DNA of 64,000 bases from the NCBI RefSeq assembly GCF_009914755.1, contig NC_060926.1; one strand, written 5' to 3'. The notes under the pieces are model-generated. The model saw nothing but the letters and a program-made list of their open reading frames with translations, ran no database searches and was not told the DNA's origin. The position numbers were made by a program, and so were the translations under genes. Source of the stretch: the human T2T-CHM13v2.0 reference genome, Homo sapiens. This document shows, piece after piece, positions 1 to 13,000 of the stretch (positions are counted from its first letter, which is position 1; each line of letters opens with the position of its first letter).

Positions 1-1398
1 AACTTGAGAGTGATGCCTAGGGTATATGGTAGAAGAAATTTCTAAGCACCAAAGTGTTCAAGATGTTTCCTGCCTGTTTCTAACAGCCTATGCGCAGATG
101 CAAGGGCAAAGGAATGACCTGAAGTTGGAACTTATATTTAAAAGGGAAGCAGAGCAGAAAAGTTTGGAAAATTTGCAACTTGGCCACATGGCAAAGAAAG
201 AAAAAGTTTTTGAGAGAGGATTTCAAGCAGGCTTGTAGAGCAACGACTTCCTAGAGAAATTCACATAACTACAAAGAAGCCAAGGGCTGACAGCCAAGAC
301 AATGGGGAAAAAACCTCAAAGGCATTTCAGAGACCTCTTCCTAGAGAAATCTGCATAACTTCAAACATAGCCAAGGCAATGGGGAAAAAACCTCAGAGGC
401 ATTTCAGAGACCTTTCAGCAGCCCCTCCCATCACAGAGCCAGAGGTCTAAAAGGAGAGAATGGTTTCATGGGTCAGGCCCAGAGCCCCTCTGCCCTACAG
501 AGCCTCAGGACACTGCTCCCTGCATCCCAGCTGCTCGGGTTCTGCTAGGGTTCTGGCCTCAGATCAAAAGGGCCCAGGTACAGCTTGGGCCACAGCTCCA
601 GAGGGTGCAAGCCATGAGCCTTTGTGGCTTCCATGTGTTATTAAGCCTGTGAGTGCACAGAGTGCAAGGGTTGAGGCTTGGGATTCTCCACCTAGATTTC
701 AGAGAATGTATGGAAAAGCCTGGGTGTCTAGGCAGAAGTCTGTTGCAGGGTAGAAACCCTCATGGAGAACCTCTACTATGACAGTGCAGAGGGGAAATGT
801 GGGATTGAAGCCCCCTCACAAAGTCCCCACTGGGGCACTGCCTAGGAGCTGTGGGAAGAGAACCACCATCCTGCAGACCCAAGAATGATAGATTCACTGG
901 CAGCTTGCACCCTGCACCTGCAAAAGCTATAGGCACTCAAAGCCATCCCATGAGAGCAACCTCAGGAGCCCCTGCAAAGCCACAGGGACAGAGCTGCCTA
1001 AGGCCTTGGGAGCCCATTCCTTGCACCAGTGTGCCCTAGATGTGGGACATGGAGTCAAAGGGTATTATTTTGGAGCTTTAAGATTTAGTGGCTGCCCTGC
1101 TGAGTTTTGAACTTTCATGGGTCCTGTAGCTCCTTTCTTTTGACCAATTTCCCCCTTTTGGAATGAGAATATTTACCTAATGCCTTTACCCGCTTTGTAT
1201 CTTGGGAGTAACTAACTTGTTTTGATTTTGCAGGCTCATAGGTAAAAGGAGATGAGTATCAGATGAGACTTTGGACTTGAACTTGGGACTTTTAAGTTAA
1301 TGCTAGAGGAAGTTAAGACTTTGGGGGACTATTGGGAAGAGATTATTGTATTTTGAAATTCAAGAAGGGCATGAGATTTGGGAGGGGCCGGGGCAGAA
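1..1398 (+). mobile_element. MaLR (MST/THE1) internal sequence, truncated at window start
   Basis: Resembles MST/THE1-int (aacttgagag...gaagaaatttctaagca; ...agatgagactttggact...catgagatttgggagggg polypurine tract) and runs directly into a MaLR LTR. Confidence 0.85.
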
Positions 1399-1820
1399 TA
1401 ATACAGTTTAGATTTGTGTCTCCACCCAAATTTCATATTGAAATGTAATCCCCAGTATTGAAAGTGGGACCTGGTGGGAGGTGACTGGATCATGAGGGTG
1501 GATTTCTCATGAATAGCTTAGCACTATCTTCTTGGTGCTATCCTCACTACAGTGAGTAACTTCTTGTGAGATCTGGTCATTTAAAACAGTGTGGCACCTT
1601 GCTCTCTCTTTCATTCCCACTCCTGTTATGTGAGAAGCCTGCTCCCTCTTTGCCTCCTGCCATGTAAGCTTCCTGAGGCCTCCCCAGAAGCAGATGGTGG
1701 TGACAGGAAGCACATGCTTCCTGTAGAGCCTGCAGAACTGTGGGCCAATTAAATCTCTTTTCTTATAAATTACACAGTTTCAGGTATTTATTTATAGCAA
1801 AGCAAGAATGGCCTCATACA
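1399..1820 (+). mobile_element. MaLR LTR (MSTA/MSTB-like)
   Basis: tgtaatccccagtattg...ggtgggaggtgactggatcatg...aattaaatctcttttcttataaattac...tttatagca, typical MST LTR. Confidence 0.8.
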
Positions 1821-1910
1821 GACATTAAAAGAAAAAAGAAAGAAAATATTGCGTCTATTAGTAGTGAATATAATGATACTTCTTTTCCAGGTAATCCAGG
1901 GCTCCCTTAC

Positions 1911-2030
1911 CTTTTCTTCATAATTTGGTAGTTTATCTTTGCATATGGTTATGATGTCCATCCAGGAGTAGTTCCTCTCTCTTCGGATCTTTTCTAATTC
2001 TGGATCATTCTCATATTTGTCAGCATCCAG
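1911..2030 (-). CDS. ADI1: Acireductone dioxygenase 1, coding exon 2 ([40 protein letters not shown]); later exons lie left of the window
   Basis: 120-nt phase-0 exon with tttag acceptor and gtaag donor; translation continues exon 1 and matches ADI1. Confidence 0.97.
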
Positions 2031-2878
2031 CTAAAAGAGTTAACCCACCAAAAACAAGAGCTCAGATTAACAAGGAGATGTAGAAACATTCTCTTTCTGG
2101 ATCTCCAATATGATTTTATACTCCAAATTTATCATTTGTTATTTTTTCAACCCTCAACTAACTCTCTTCATCTCCTCTAGCCATTTAATGGATTTTCCAT
2201 TCTCCAAAACACCAGCTATACATACAATGGAGTTCTGTTTGATTTCTGCCTCCCTTCTCTGCAACAGTCCATCCCAGGGGATTCTTTTTCCCATTTTGAG
2301 ATGGTAGTCTCACCACCTCAGGCCTTTCTGTCCACTCCACAGGTCCCTCACTGTGCCCTGTTTCTCTGCCACCATCCCACTCATGAGTCTCATTGATCCT
2401 CAATGCCATCTCTTTGGTCAGTTTGTTTCCATGAGCCAAAACATTGTATGCTCTCACAGCTTGCAAATAAAACTCAAGTTAATTAAACTGGAATGAGAAA
2501 CCTTCTATCATCTGGCCCCAGCTGACTTTTCTACTTCTATCTGTTCCCATCTCCTACTTTTTAAAGAACTCTACATTCTAAACCAAATAGGATGATCGGC
2601 TATCTTAAAAATATTTGATATTTCACATCCCCACAACCTTGCTCATGACAGCTTTCTATGCCTAAAATTCCCATTCAACATTTTCATTTATCACAATCCT
2701 ATCTCTATTAAGGTTCAGTTTTACTGTTCCTTCCTGACGAAGCACTTCCCTGATGAAGCTCCAGGCAGAATTCATCTGAACTCTTATTTAAAACTACTGG
2801 CAGTGAATCTAGCACACTTTATGTTTTGCAATAAACTGCACATTATATCATCACTACTTACTGAACAACAAACTCCAG

Positions 2879-3948
2879 TGTTGCAGGAAGTCAGGGACCC
2901 CGAATGGAGGGACCGGCTGGAGCCATGGCAGAGGAACATAAGTTTTGAAGATTTCACGGACATCTATCAGTTCTCAAATAATACTTTTATAATTTATTAT
3001 GCCTGTCTTTAATCTCTTAATCCTGTTATCTTCGTAAGCTGAGGATGTATGTCACCTCAGGACCACTGTGATAATTGTGTTAACTGTACAAATTGATTGT
3101 AAAACATGTGTGTTTGAACAATATGAAATCAGTACACCTTAAAAAATAAAATAACAGCGATTTTTAGGGAACAAGGGAAGACAACCATAAGGTTTGACTG
3201 CCTGCAGGGTCAGGCAAAAACACCCATATTTTTCTTCTTGCAGAGAGCCTATAAATGGGCGTGCAAGTAGAGAAGGTATCACTAAATTCTTTTCCTAGGA
3301 AGGAATATTAATATTAATACTCTGGGGAAGGAATGCATTTCTGGGGGGAGGTCTATAAACAGCTGCTCTGGGAATGTCTGTCTTATGCGGTTGAGATAAG
3401 GACTGAGATACGCCCTGGTCTTCTGCAGTACCCTCAGGCTTACTAAGGTGGGGAAAAACTCCACCCTGGTAAATTTGTGGTCAGACCAGTTCTCTGCTCT
3501 CGAACCCTGTTTTCTGTTATTTGTTTATCAAGACAATATGTGCAGCACCGAACATAGATCCTTATCAGTGGTTCTGCTTTTGCCCTTTGCCCTGTGATCT
3601 TTGTTGGACCCTTATCAGTAGTTCTGCTTTTGCCCTTTGTCCTGTTCCCTCAGAAGCATGTGATCTTTGTTAGACCCTTATTAGTAGTTCTGCTTTTTGC
3701 CCTTTGAAGCCTGTGATATTTGTACCTACTCCCTGTTCTTACACCCCCTCCCCTTTTGAAACCCTTAATAAAAACTTGCTGGTCTGAGACTCAGGCGGGC
3801 ATCACGGTCCTACCGATATGTGATGTCACCCCTGGCGGCCCAGCTGTAACATTCCTCTCTTTATACTGTCTCTCTTTATTTCTCAGCTGGCCGGCACTTA
3901 TGGAAAATGGAACCTATGTTGAAATATTGGGGGTGGGTTCCCCCGATA
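2879..3948 (+). mobile_element. MER11 solo LTR (HERV-K11/HML-8)
   Basis: Starts tgttgcaggaagtcagggacccc, ends ggttcccccgata; 6-bp TSD CTCCAG at 2873-2878 and 3949-3954; internal gacccttatcagtagttctgc repeats; AATAAA near 3767. Confidence 0.9.
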
Positions 3949-4047
3949 CTCCAGAACATATTAAAGTACTAGTCATCAATACGTTATTTTCTACAAAGTT
4001 GACTCTAAAACTTAGCCTATCCACTGCATGATATGCACAGTACTATT

Positions 4048-4765
4048 TGCTATGGTCTGAATGTGTCCATATTATGACACATAATATGTAATATGACACA
4101 TTATATGACACGTGTCGTAAGTTTAAATATACGAATGTTGAAACTTAACACAAATGTGATAGTATTAAGGGGTGGGACCTTTAGGATGTGATTAAGTCAT
4201 GAGGGCAAGCCCTCATTTATAGGATTAGTGGCCTTGTAAGAGAGATGGAGCTGGGCACTGTGGCTCACACCTATAATCCCAGAACTTTGGGAGGCCAAGG
4301 TGGGCAGATCACCTGAGGTCAGGGATTCAAGACCAGCCTGTCCAACATGGTGAAACCCCATCTCTACTAAAAATACAAAAATTAGCCAGGCATGGTGGTC
4401 CACGCCTGTGATCCCAGCTACTCGGGAGGCTGAGGCAGGAGAATCACTTGAATCCAGGAGGCAGAGGTTGCAGTGAGCCAAGACTGCGCTACCAGCCTGG
4501 GTGACAGAGCGAGGCTCCATCTCAAAAAAAAAAAAAAAAAAAAAAAGAGCAAGAGAGATGTAAGAGAGCAGTTTGCCCCTTCCACCACATGAGGACAGAG
4601 CAAGGAAATGGCCGTCTATGAGGACAGGATCCTCATCAGACACTAAATCTGCTGGCACCTTAATCTTGGACTTCTTAGCCTCTAGAACTATAAGAATTCT
4701 ATAAATTGCTGTTGTTTATAAATTGCCCAGTTTAAGCTATTTTTGTCATTTTGTTATAGCAGCAG
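4048..4765 (+). mobile_element. MLT1A-like MaLR LTR interrupted by an AluS (about 4249-4546)
   Basis: tgctatggtctgaatgt...gtcatgagggc...tgctggcaccttaatcttggacttc...ttgttatagcagca; aagagagatg duplicated on both sides of the Alu. Confidence 0.75.
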
Positions 4766-5082
4766 GTATTTAGTTTATTCCAAGCTAAAATAATCTTCCA
4801 ATTGTTTGTATGTATGACAAAAGGTTTTTTAGAACTCTATGTCACTAATAACAGATTGATTAAACAGATACACAAACATGTCCACATGTGTTACCTCTGT
4901 TAAAAATTATGGGAGATGTTACATATATATAATGTTAATATGGGGTGTGTGTGTGGCTTTTTTGTTTTTTGGGTTTTTTTAGAGATGAGGTCTCAAACTT
5001 CTGGCTTCAGGCAATCTGCCGCCTCAGCCTCCCAAAGTGCTGGGATGACAGAAGCCACCATGCCTGGCCCAGGAGAGGTCAC

Positions 5083-5496
5083 TGTTTTGGACTGAGCCCC
5101 TGCACTAGGCCCCAGGATGAGACCAAACCAAAATGCAGCCACTCATGCCATATGCCACTTGATCAAACTAAAACTTTAAAGAAGGAGGTGCATCTCAAAC
5201 AGACCAGCTTTTCCTGCGATCAGAAGATTCCAGTCTTCCTGAGTCAGAATAATAAGGAAGTCGCTTCTGCTTTAACCCTTAGGAAAAAAGTAACCTAATG
5301 TAACTTGACGTTAACCAATCAGCTTTTTTACCTATTGTTCTGTTTCTTTGTTGCCGCCCTACAAAACCCACTGTTGTGCTATTACCCTATCGAGCTCTTA
5401 TTCTATTTTGTAGAACGGAGGTTGCCCTATTCACAAATCAAGAATAAAAGCTAATTAGATCTTTAACTAAATTTGTTGTAATTTTGTCTTCCAACA
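5083..5496 (+). mobile_element. ERV1-type LTR (MER4 group, subfamily not assigned)
   Basis: TG...CA ends (tgttttggactgagccc...gtcttccaaca), aaccaatcag CCAAT element and AATAAA near the 3' end. Confidence 0.55.
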
Positions 5497-5531
5497 GCAC
5501 TGATCCAGAATGGATATTAAGAAAGCATATA

Positions 5532-5815
5532 GGCCGGGTGCGGTGGTTCGTGTCTATAATGCCAGCACTTTGGGAGGCCGAAGTGGGTGGATCACCTGAG
5601 GTCAGCAGTTCAAGATCAGCCTGACCAACATGGAGAAACCCTGTCTCTACTAAAAATACAAAATTAGCCCGGCATGGTGCTGTGCACCTTGTAATCCCAG
5701 CTACTCGGGAGGCTGACACATGAGAATGGCTTGAACTCGGGAAGATGAGGTTGCGGTGAGCCGAGATCATGCCACTGCACTCCAGCCTGGGCAAAAAGAG
5801 CAAAAAAAAAAAAGA
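5532..5815 (+). mobile_element. AluS
   Basis: Full dimeric Alu with A-tail. Confidence 0.9.
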
Positions 5816-6930
5816 AAGGAAGAATATAAAAACACACAGGACATTAAAACCACAGAGTAAACATGATTTAATTTTGATAGCCCTGACTCAGAGCAGAACT
5901 AGACGGTAGGAAAAACTATGTTTGAGCCCATGTAATAATCTAAAAGATGTCTATTAAAATAAATCTTATTTTATTCTTTGAATACATTAAGAAGCTGACC
6001 TGTAATCTCACTCTTGTTCTTGTTCTTAAAACCGTCAAATGCACAATGAAACTCCCCAAGTGTATTAATTTGAACCCTCTGGTTGTTTGGATTGTGGATA
6101 AACATAATAAGTCAAAATTTATTCTCCTCTCATTAATGGAAAACTATAAACCACTTGATTGCTTTGAAGAAGTACCCTCCAGCAAGGTAAGTGTTAAACC
6201 TTATCCTAGGAAAAGACAAATACTATGTAAACATTAACATGCATGCCCTGTTTCGCACTGGTATGCCAATTGTCACTTCCCTCTTCTGTTATTTAGGATA
6301 GAACAAGATGATATCCAAATAGATTATGCTGGAATATTCTATAATCCTTTCCCAAGGGAAAAAGTGTGGTGTCCAGGTAACCCTGTGTATTTCATTTAAA
6401 TCACATGAATGAAGATTAGATCCAGTCACCCCTCAGCCTATCCCTGAGGCCTACCCTGGCCCTCTCTTTTGCAGTAAACCTTTGTTACTGCAAAACCATT
6501 TGCAAATAAACAAGGTGAGCGGATCTGGACTGGTGCTGTGCAAGCAACGGGACACCGGTGCAAAGCCTAGCCCCGCCTTGCAAAGCTAGCGTTACAGAGG
6601 CAGGGCTGACACCGGGCCCAGCCGGGACCCAAGCCAGCTCCACCGCCCACTGGAGACGCCCCCACCCCACCACCGAGCGCTACCCCCCGGGGATCCCCGA
6701 CAGACCGCGGCAGGACCCCGCCTCGATCTGCTGGCGCCCGGTCCCTCCCCCAGGACACTTTCAAGCGGAGTCCCCCTTCCTCCGATAGAAGAAACCCCTG
6801 GGCCTTTGACCGAGGTTAGCCAGGCAGGCAGGGCGTCGGACAAGCCCAACGAGCCCACGAACTCGCAGCCCGCCTCCGGCGAATCTTGCAGCCCTGCCGG
6901 CCGACCCTTCAGGTCGCTGCCAATCCCGGA

Positions 6931-7310
6931 GCTGCGCGTGCGCAGCGAGTCCCGGCTGCGAGGCCCCTGACTCGCCAACTCTGCTGCTGAGCATGCGCAG
7001 CACACCCCAGGCAACAGAAACGGACCGCCGACCCCCACCAGCCCCGCTGCTGAGCATGCGCAGCCCACCCCAGGCGCCGGAAGCCGACCGCCAACCCCGT
7101 AAACTTCGCTGCTGAGCATGCGCAGCACACCACAGGCGCTGGGGGCTGACCGCCGACCCCTCAACGCCGCTGCTGAGCATGCGCAGCACACCCAGGCGCC
7201 GCGCAGGAGGCCCTGACCACCCAGCCCCACTGCTGAGCATGCGCAGCCCACCCCAGGCACCGGGAGCCGCCACGAACCCCCAAATCCCGCTGCTGAGCAT
7301 GCGCAGCATG
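6931..7310. repeat. Diverged ~60-bp tandem array with six conserved CTGCTGAGCATGCGCAGC palindromic cores plus one variant core (NRF1-like)
   Basis: GCATGCGCAG starts at 6991, 7054, 7116, 7177, 7237, 7297; variant TGCGCGTGCGCAG at 6933. Confidence 0.9.
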
Positions 7311-7415
7311 CCGCGGCTCCCAGGCCGCTGCCCGGCACCTGGAGGAGGCTGGGCTGTGCGCGGCGTTTGGGGGTCGGCGTCGCCCGCACGCTCTGCGAGG
7401 CTTGGGCTCGCGTAC

Positions 7416-7535
7416 CTTCCAGTAGAGCACCCCGAGCCGCCGCAGCTGCTCCAGGCCCACTGGGCGGCCGGGGTCGGGGCGGTGGGGTTGCCGCGGGTCG
7501 CCCGGGGCGTCGTCCATATACCAGGCCTGCACCAT
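7416..7535 (-). CDS. ADI1: Acireductone dioxygenase 1, coding part of exon 1 ([40 protein letters not shown])
   Basis: ATG at 7535 in good context (gtcATGG), 40 codons, then donor gtacgc; N-terminus of ADI1. Confidence 0.97.
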
Positions 7536-8479
7536 GACGCGCAGTGCGGGTGCCGTGTTCGAACCCAGGGGCCGCGCTCGGAGCCCGTCGGCCGCGCTTT
7601 GTCTTATAGGGAGGCGTGGACGCGCATGGGAGCCGGGATTGGGCGGCTGGTTGGAGGCAGGGCCGGCGCGGGGGAGGCCCCACGGCTCCGCTGTTTTCGG
7701 AAGCAAAGGCATTCAAGCCCCGACCCTGTCCTGGGCACCCTCGGACCTGCCTGAGGCCCGCGGCCCGGGGCCAGCCGTTCGCCAGACGCGCCGGGCAGGT
7801 GAAGCTCACCGTAGGCATCGCACGTGCCTTGTGTGTGCTGCCGCGGTCTCCCTGCACCTTCAGAGCAATCTTGTGAGGCAAACGACGTTAAACGTGTTTA
7901 GAGTATGGAAAGCAAATGCAAAAAAAAAAAAAAAAGAATAAGGATTTTGTTAAGCTCATGCAGTCCATATGGGCACAGTTGAGACTTCACAGCTCGGATC
8001 CCAGGTGAGACATTGTCCTCCACCTCCCCGCTCGCCAGACTTTTGCAGTGTCGGCATTCTGCAGTGCTACCCTGTACTTTTTAAACTTCCTCTTGTTTCC
8101 TCTTTTCATCGTTTCTCCCTTCCCCATACACTGTAATGTGCTAGTCTTAGAATAAAAACAAGCTTCCCCTATCCCATTCTGAATTTTTCAATGTAGCTAA
8201 TAAAGTCCAGCCGCTTGACCATCCTAGATGTCTTTTCAAACCAACGAGTTGAAAAAGATCAGATTATCTCAGCCATTCCCTCAGTCTCTTTAACAAATAA
8301 TGATAAAGCAGACAGGATTTAAATGAGACTGCTGTAAGAGCACAACCCCAATGCATGCAATTGACTCTTGAACTTCCAGAAATATTGCAAGAAAAATACA
8401 CACTTATTTCATTTCTGTTCCCTTGCTCTAATGGCTTTGCAAATACATCCTCCTTAGAGAGCCTACCTCTCCACCTCTT

Positions 8480-10185
<1,706 letters not shown>

Positions 10186-10288
10186 GGGATAGGATGAGGA
10201 ACACTCCAAATAGTCTTTACTGTCTTACTGTAACTGCACTCCTATCTCATATCTAATGCTTCTCATTTACTAGAAAATAGTAGTACTA

Positions 10289-10770
10289 GGCTGGGTGCTG
10301 TGGCTCATGCCTGTAATCCCAACACTTTGGGAGGCCAAGGTGGGAGGATCACTTGAGGCCAGGAGTTCCAGATCAGCCTGGGCAATACAGCAAGACCCCA
10401 TCTCTACAAAAAATATTTTTATTAAAAAGAAAATAGTAATTGTGACAATAATAATAGTAGTGTGTGCTGGGTAACATTTTAAAGATTTGATGCATATTAT
10501 TATTTTTACTCCTCATGATTACACTGTGAAGTTGGTATGACTTATTATCCACATTTTAAAGATGAGACATGGGAGGCTGAGGCAGGAGGACTGCTTGAGC
10601 CCAGGAGTTTGAGACCAGTCTGGGCAACACAGCAAGACCCCATATCACTTAAAAACAAATGAGACAACTAGGACACAAACAGGTGAAGTAACTTATGGTC
10701 ACACAACCAGAAGTGACAAAGCTGGTATTTGAGCTTGGGGAGCCCAGCCCAACAGCCTGTACACATAACT
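10289..10770 (+). mobile_element. Alu monomer (10289-10413) followed by a MIR containing an Alu fragment (10570-10655)
   Basis: Alu left-arm sequence; MIR core (cattttaaagatgag...aggtgaagtaactt...gtcacaca). Confidence 0.7.
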
Positions 10771-11004
10771 GCTAAAATCGAGTACAAGAAGTAATGATGT
10801 GGGTTTCATCCCATCGTAGAATAAACTTCATCTTGAAATTGGAAGAGTGCTTCCGGTTCCCCTCCCACCCCCAGGCTGCAGCAGCCCCACACCATTATGT
10901 ATCTACCATTTGTCAGCCTCTGTCTTCAGTAGCTGTTCCTTTTTTCCTATTAGGTATGGGGGAAACAGTTTTATGCCATAAAAAACATACTTTAGAAAAG
11001 CAAG

Positions 11005-11430
11005 ATGATGGAGAGGCTCTGAGGAATTGCCAAGGCAGCCCAGCACTTGCTGCTGGCAGGAGTTCAAGCGGGCAGAATCAGATGAGAACAGCACTCATTA
11101 CTTCATACGGACATTGCCGGCCCATGGGATTCCTCCTTTGAAGAGGAATCTTTGGAACTTGAACTGTCTCTTCCAGAAGAATAGCCAGCAGCAGCCCAAA
11201 AATATGTTTCATGACCAGAATTTATCACCCCGATGTAAGACACTTGGGAAGAATCTGTTTAGATGTTTTGAAAGACAGATGGTCGCCATCGCCGCAGACC
11301 TGCACAGACTGTTATCCGTCTGGGCTTTGTGATATGCTCCCAACCCAGGGGCGCGTTAACAAACCATATAGGGATACAGTAGAGCCACAGAAGAACAGGA
11401 AGATCCAAACTGCTGGAATGTGGAACGCAG
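11005..11430 (+). pseudogene. Decayed processed pseudogene of UBE2N/Ubc13 (E2 ubiquitin-conjugating enzyme)
   Basis: Frame-shifted translations [47 protein letters not shown] and APNP parallel UBE2N [48 protein letters not shown] and APNP; no introns; stops and frameshifts. Confidence 0.85.
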
Positions 11431-11444
11431 ATAAGGCTCTATAG

Positions 11445-11642
11445 ACGGGCAGCAAGTTTTCTCTGGAAAAGGCCAGATAGTAAATCGTTTAGGTTTTGTA
11501 GATCGAGTCAAAATTGAGGATAGTATGTAGGTATTTATACAACAACCACATTACAGCATAAAAACCATTCTTAGTTCATGGAACATACAAAAACAGGCAG
11601 CAGACTGAATCTGGCTCATAGCCTGGAGTTTGCCAATGCCTG
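11445..11642 (+). mobile_element. MER58-family hAT-Charlie DNA transposon
   Basis: gcaagttttctctggaaaaggccagatagtaaat...aaaaacaggc...tggagtttgccaatgcctg termini. Confidence 0.7.
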
Positions 11643-12431
11643 CCGTGCACTATTAATAATAGTTAATTTTTATCTGATGATCAAGTGTACTTTACTTCTG
11701 GCCTGTGGAAAGAACTGCCAAGAGTCGGAGATGTTTACACTCTGCAAGCTAAGAAATTAGCCTGTCCCAGATTCATGGGTGTTAACAGAAGTCAAGAGAT
11801 TATCGGCTCAGAGATAAAACACAGCCTATTACTCAGGAGCAACAGCGGTAGCAGGGGCCACAGTGTCTGCAGTTTTGCACAGGTTGCTGAACGCCAGTCC
11901 CCACCAAGGGAACTTGAAAAGGGATGATACCTGCATCTTCAGTGGGTTGCATTACAGGGGAGGAACTTTGAGCTTGGGAAAACCAAAATATTTCCCTGAG
12001 TCATACTCAGCTATTCAGCAGAAATGCTTCCTGTGTACTTCCCAATTTGTCACAGAGAATGTTAGAAAGATGTCTACTCAAAGGTCAAAATTTAATAAAA
12101 CCAGTCATTTTTACAGCTTCATTAAAGACATTCTTAAGAGAAGCGGGGGTTTGTTTTTGTTTCTGTTGTTCCAGTGCAGGTGTGTGAAAAACACAATGAC
12201 TGCTGGTACAGTGTGTACCATGTCGTGGCTCTCTTGGGCACGGAGAGCTGAGCCCATCACTGACTTTGCACCATGAGGGCAGTGCTCAACACAGAGAAGA
12301 AGGTACATGTCATCCTGGCATTGTGAGACAAATAGTTTTGACTTCAAACATCTCCATACTGTAAGAACCACAGCTCTCATCTTTTTTGTTCAGGGTACTT
12401 TAGGTTGCAGGTGACAGAAATCCAACAAGTT

Positions 12432-12706
<275 letters not shown>

Positions 12707-12819
12707 CTAAGCAAACAAACGGGAACAAAGATATGTTGGATCACATAAATGAGAAGGGTTAGAGCAGAACGCACCTTGGGCATGGCAGGATTCAGGGCTG
12801 AAAGTATGTTAACAGCTCT

Positions 12820-13000
12820 GTCTATGTCTCTTTGTCTCTATCTTCTCCATATGTGTGTGTCTCTCTCTTCACTTAGCTTTTCTTCTCTTCTCTCCCTCTT
12901 TCTGCCCCCTTTTCTCCCTCCTGTCTCTCTTCCTCCCTCTGTCTCTCCTTCTCTCTTTCTCTCTCTCCTCCCTATCTCAACCCTCTTTTCTCTGTGCCTT
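12820..13000. repeat. CT-rich low-complexity tract
   Basis: Nearly pure polypyrimidine sequence. Confidence 0.8.

Larger units (their letters stand above)
6550..7860. promoter_or_regulatory. ADI1 CpG-island promoter; minus-strand TATA-like TATAAGA (7602-7608), CCAAT (7638-7642), GC box (7641-7646)
   Basis: Very high CpG/GC density; motifs are spaced appropriately upstream of the ADI1 ATG. Confidence 0.8.

Noticed and set aside
247-413. ~80-90 bp tandem duplication
   Set aside because: Local duplication inside a decayed MaLR internal sequence with no sign of function
6931-7310. True CRISPR array
   Set aside because: Primate intron, no cas genes, and the spacers are homologous to each other, so it is a diverged tandem repeat
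7536-7712. 59-codon in-frame N-terminal extension of ADI1
   Set aside because: Its ATG lies upstream of the TATA/CCAAT motifs, so it is unlikely to be in the main mRNA
6592-7881. 429-aa minus-strand ORF and other overlapping ORFs at the ADI1 promoter
   Set aside because: Stop-poor GC-rich island and repeat; repetitive CCACSAA translation; different frame from ADI1
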